Of a stretch of DNA of 37,777 bases, positions 36,862 to 37,777 are shown piece by piece. The number at the start of each line of letters is the position of its first letter. Position 1 is the first letter of the stretch. This DNA is from Pseudomonadota bacterium. GTDB lineage: Bacteria > Pseudomonadota > Gammaproteobacteria > Pseudomonadales > JAXHSS01. A program made the translations under genes and the position numbers. A model generated the notes under the pieces. The model saw only the letters and a program-made list of their open reading frames with translations, was not told the DNA's origin and did not search any database. The DNA lies in the NCBI GenBank assembly GCA_034190675.1, contig JAXHSS010000002.1:1-37777 (forward strand), given 5' to 3'.

Positions 36862-37662
36862 ATGAACGATTTACGGTTCGTGAAATTCAGCCTCAATGGC
36901 GCCATTGCAGAGGTTAAGCTTAACCGCCCTGAAAAGCATAATGGGGTTAATCTTGAGCTAATTGATGAGCTGCTTGCTGTCGCTAAGCAGCTGAAGTCAC
37001 AAAAAGCGGTGCGAGCCGTCGTGATTAGCGGCCTAGGCCCTTCTTTTTGCTCTGGCCTTGATTTTGCCTCGGTCGGCAAGCGACCTAAAACGATGATATG
37101 GCGATTCTTCATGCCACCATTACGACGTGCCAATACCTATCAGCGCTTTGCTTGGGCTTGGCGAGAGCTGCCGATGCCTGTCATTGCAGCTATTCATGGC
37201 AACTGTTTTGGCGCGGGCATTCAGTTGGCGCTTGCCTGCGATTTTCGTATTTGCCACCCTGAGGCCAAACTTTCTGTCATGGAAGCCAAATGGGGCTTGG
37301 TTCCCGATATGTCAGGCACGGTGGCATTGCATGAGCTGTGCCGATTAGATCAAGCAAAACGACTGGTTTTCACGGGCGAAATCATTTCTGCCGATCGCGC
37401 TAGTGAGCTGGGCCTGCTCACTGAAATTGCGGATGAGCCAAGATCAAAGGCGCTTGCGTTAGCTGAACAGTTGAGCCACTTTTCTCCTGATGCGATTAAA
37501 GAAGCTAAGGCATTATTAAATTCTGTCGGTAGTCGATCCGAGCGCAGTGCTTTTAAACATGAGCGCTGGGCGCAAGTGCGCCTTTTATTGAGCAAAAATC
37601 ACGCGATTGCCAAAAAGGCCGCTTTTAAAAAGCAAACACCTAACTTCCTTGATCGCCGCTAA
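36862..37662 (+). CDS. Enoyl-CoA hydratase/isomerase (crotonase) family protein
   Basis: AEVKLNRPEKHNGVN, oxyanion-hole regions FCSGLDF and GNCFGAGIQLALACDFRI, 266 aa. Confidence 0.85.
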   Translation: MNDLRFVKFSLNGAIAEVKLNRPEKHNGVNLELIDELLAVAKQLKSQKAVRAVVISGLGPSFCSGLDFASVGKRPKTMIWRFFMPPLRRANTYQRFAWAWRELPMPVIAAIHGNCFGAGIQLALACDFRICHPEAKLSVMEAKWGLVPDMSGTVALHELCRLDQAKRLVFTGEIISADRASELGLLTEIADEPRSKALALAEQLSHFSPDAIKEAKALLNSVGSRSERSAFKHERWAQVRLLLSKNHAIAKKAAFKKQTPNFLDRR

Positions 37663-37777
37663 CCTACGAAAACTGTCGCTTATCGACGCTCGATGGATTC
37701 AATTGAGCATCTTATCCAGCTTGTTGGTCTGGGGGCTGGCGACACTTAACTTCTTTAACTCGCCTAAGGTTATCTTA

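Noticed and set aside
37699-37776. Open minus-strand frame at the right edge (…KITLGELKKLSVASPQTNKLDKMLN, stop tca at 37699-37701), a possible 3' end of a gene.
   Set aside because: Only 25 open codons are visible, which has roughly a 30% chance expectation, and there is no motif. This is insufficient to call a CDS.
1-37777. Search by eye for CRISPR-like arrays, tRNA/rRNA genes, IS or transposase and integrase genes, phage genes, toxin-antitoxin pairs and known defence-system signatures.
   Set aside because: None was found. All ORFs of 100 aa or more that are not antisense artefacts are accounted for by housekeeping or the small accessory set described. A manual scan cannot exclude short ncRNAs.

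Overview
This 37.8 kb window is a gammaproteobacterial chromosome segment with Pseudomonas/Oceanospirillales-like gene order and mid-40s % GC (hand counts only). It is almost entirely conserved housekeeping synteny.

Gene content, left to right:
- A lipoprotein EEP-family nuclease/phosphatase, divergent from miaB.
- A long minus-strand block: rpsB-tsf-(inserted SDR)-pyrH-frr-uppS-cdsA-dxr-rseP-bamA-skp-lpxD-fabZ-lpxA-lpxB-rnhB, followed by a hotdog thioesterase.
- The divergent plus-strand run map-glnD-arsC/yffB-like-dapD-dapE.
- A ~4.7 kb accessory-looking islet (25.0-29.7 kb): DUF2846-like lipoprotein, secreted PEBP/YbcL-like protein, AraC regulator, AT-rich AI-2E transporter, and a rhombosortase-like rhomboid protease 2 nt upstream of a PII-like YqfO/COG3323 protein.
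- Minus-strand trpF-trpB-trpA-accD-folC, then znuCB (His-rich, no znuA or zur nearby), a YidB/DUF937 protein and a crotonase.

I found no rRNA, tRNA, CRISPR array, transposase, integrase, phage gene or recognisable defence or toxin-antitoxin gene.

I do not see a convincing novel multi-gene system. The best leads are the 25-29.7 kb islet (especially the rhomboid + PII-like pair), the SDR insertion inside the tsf-pyrH core, and the znuCB locus with a perfect palindrome over its candidate promoter.

All product calls rest on motifs recognised by eye and on synteny; no database search was run. Several ORF-track starts are TTG/GTG-extended, and I trimmed them where an ATG, an SD sequence or homolog N-termini supported it.
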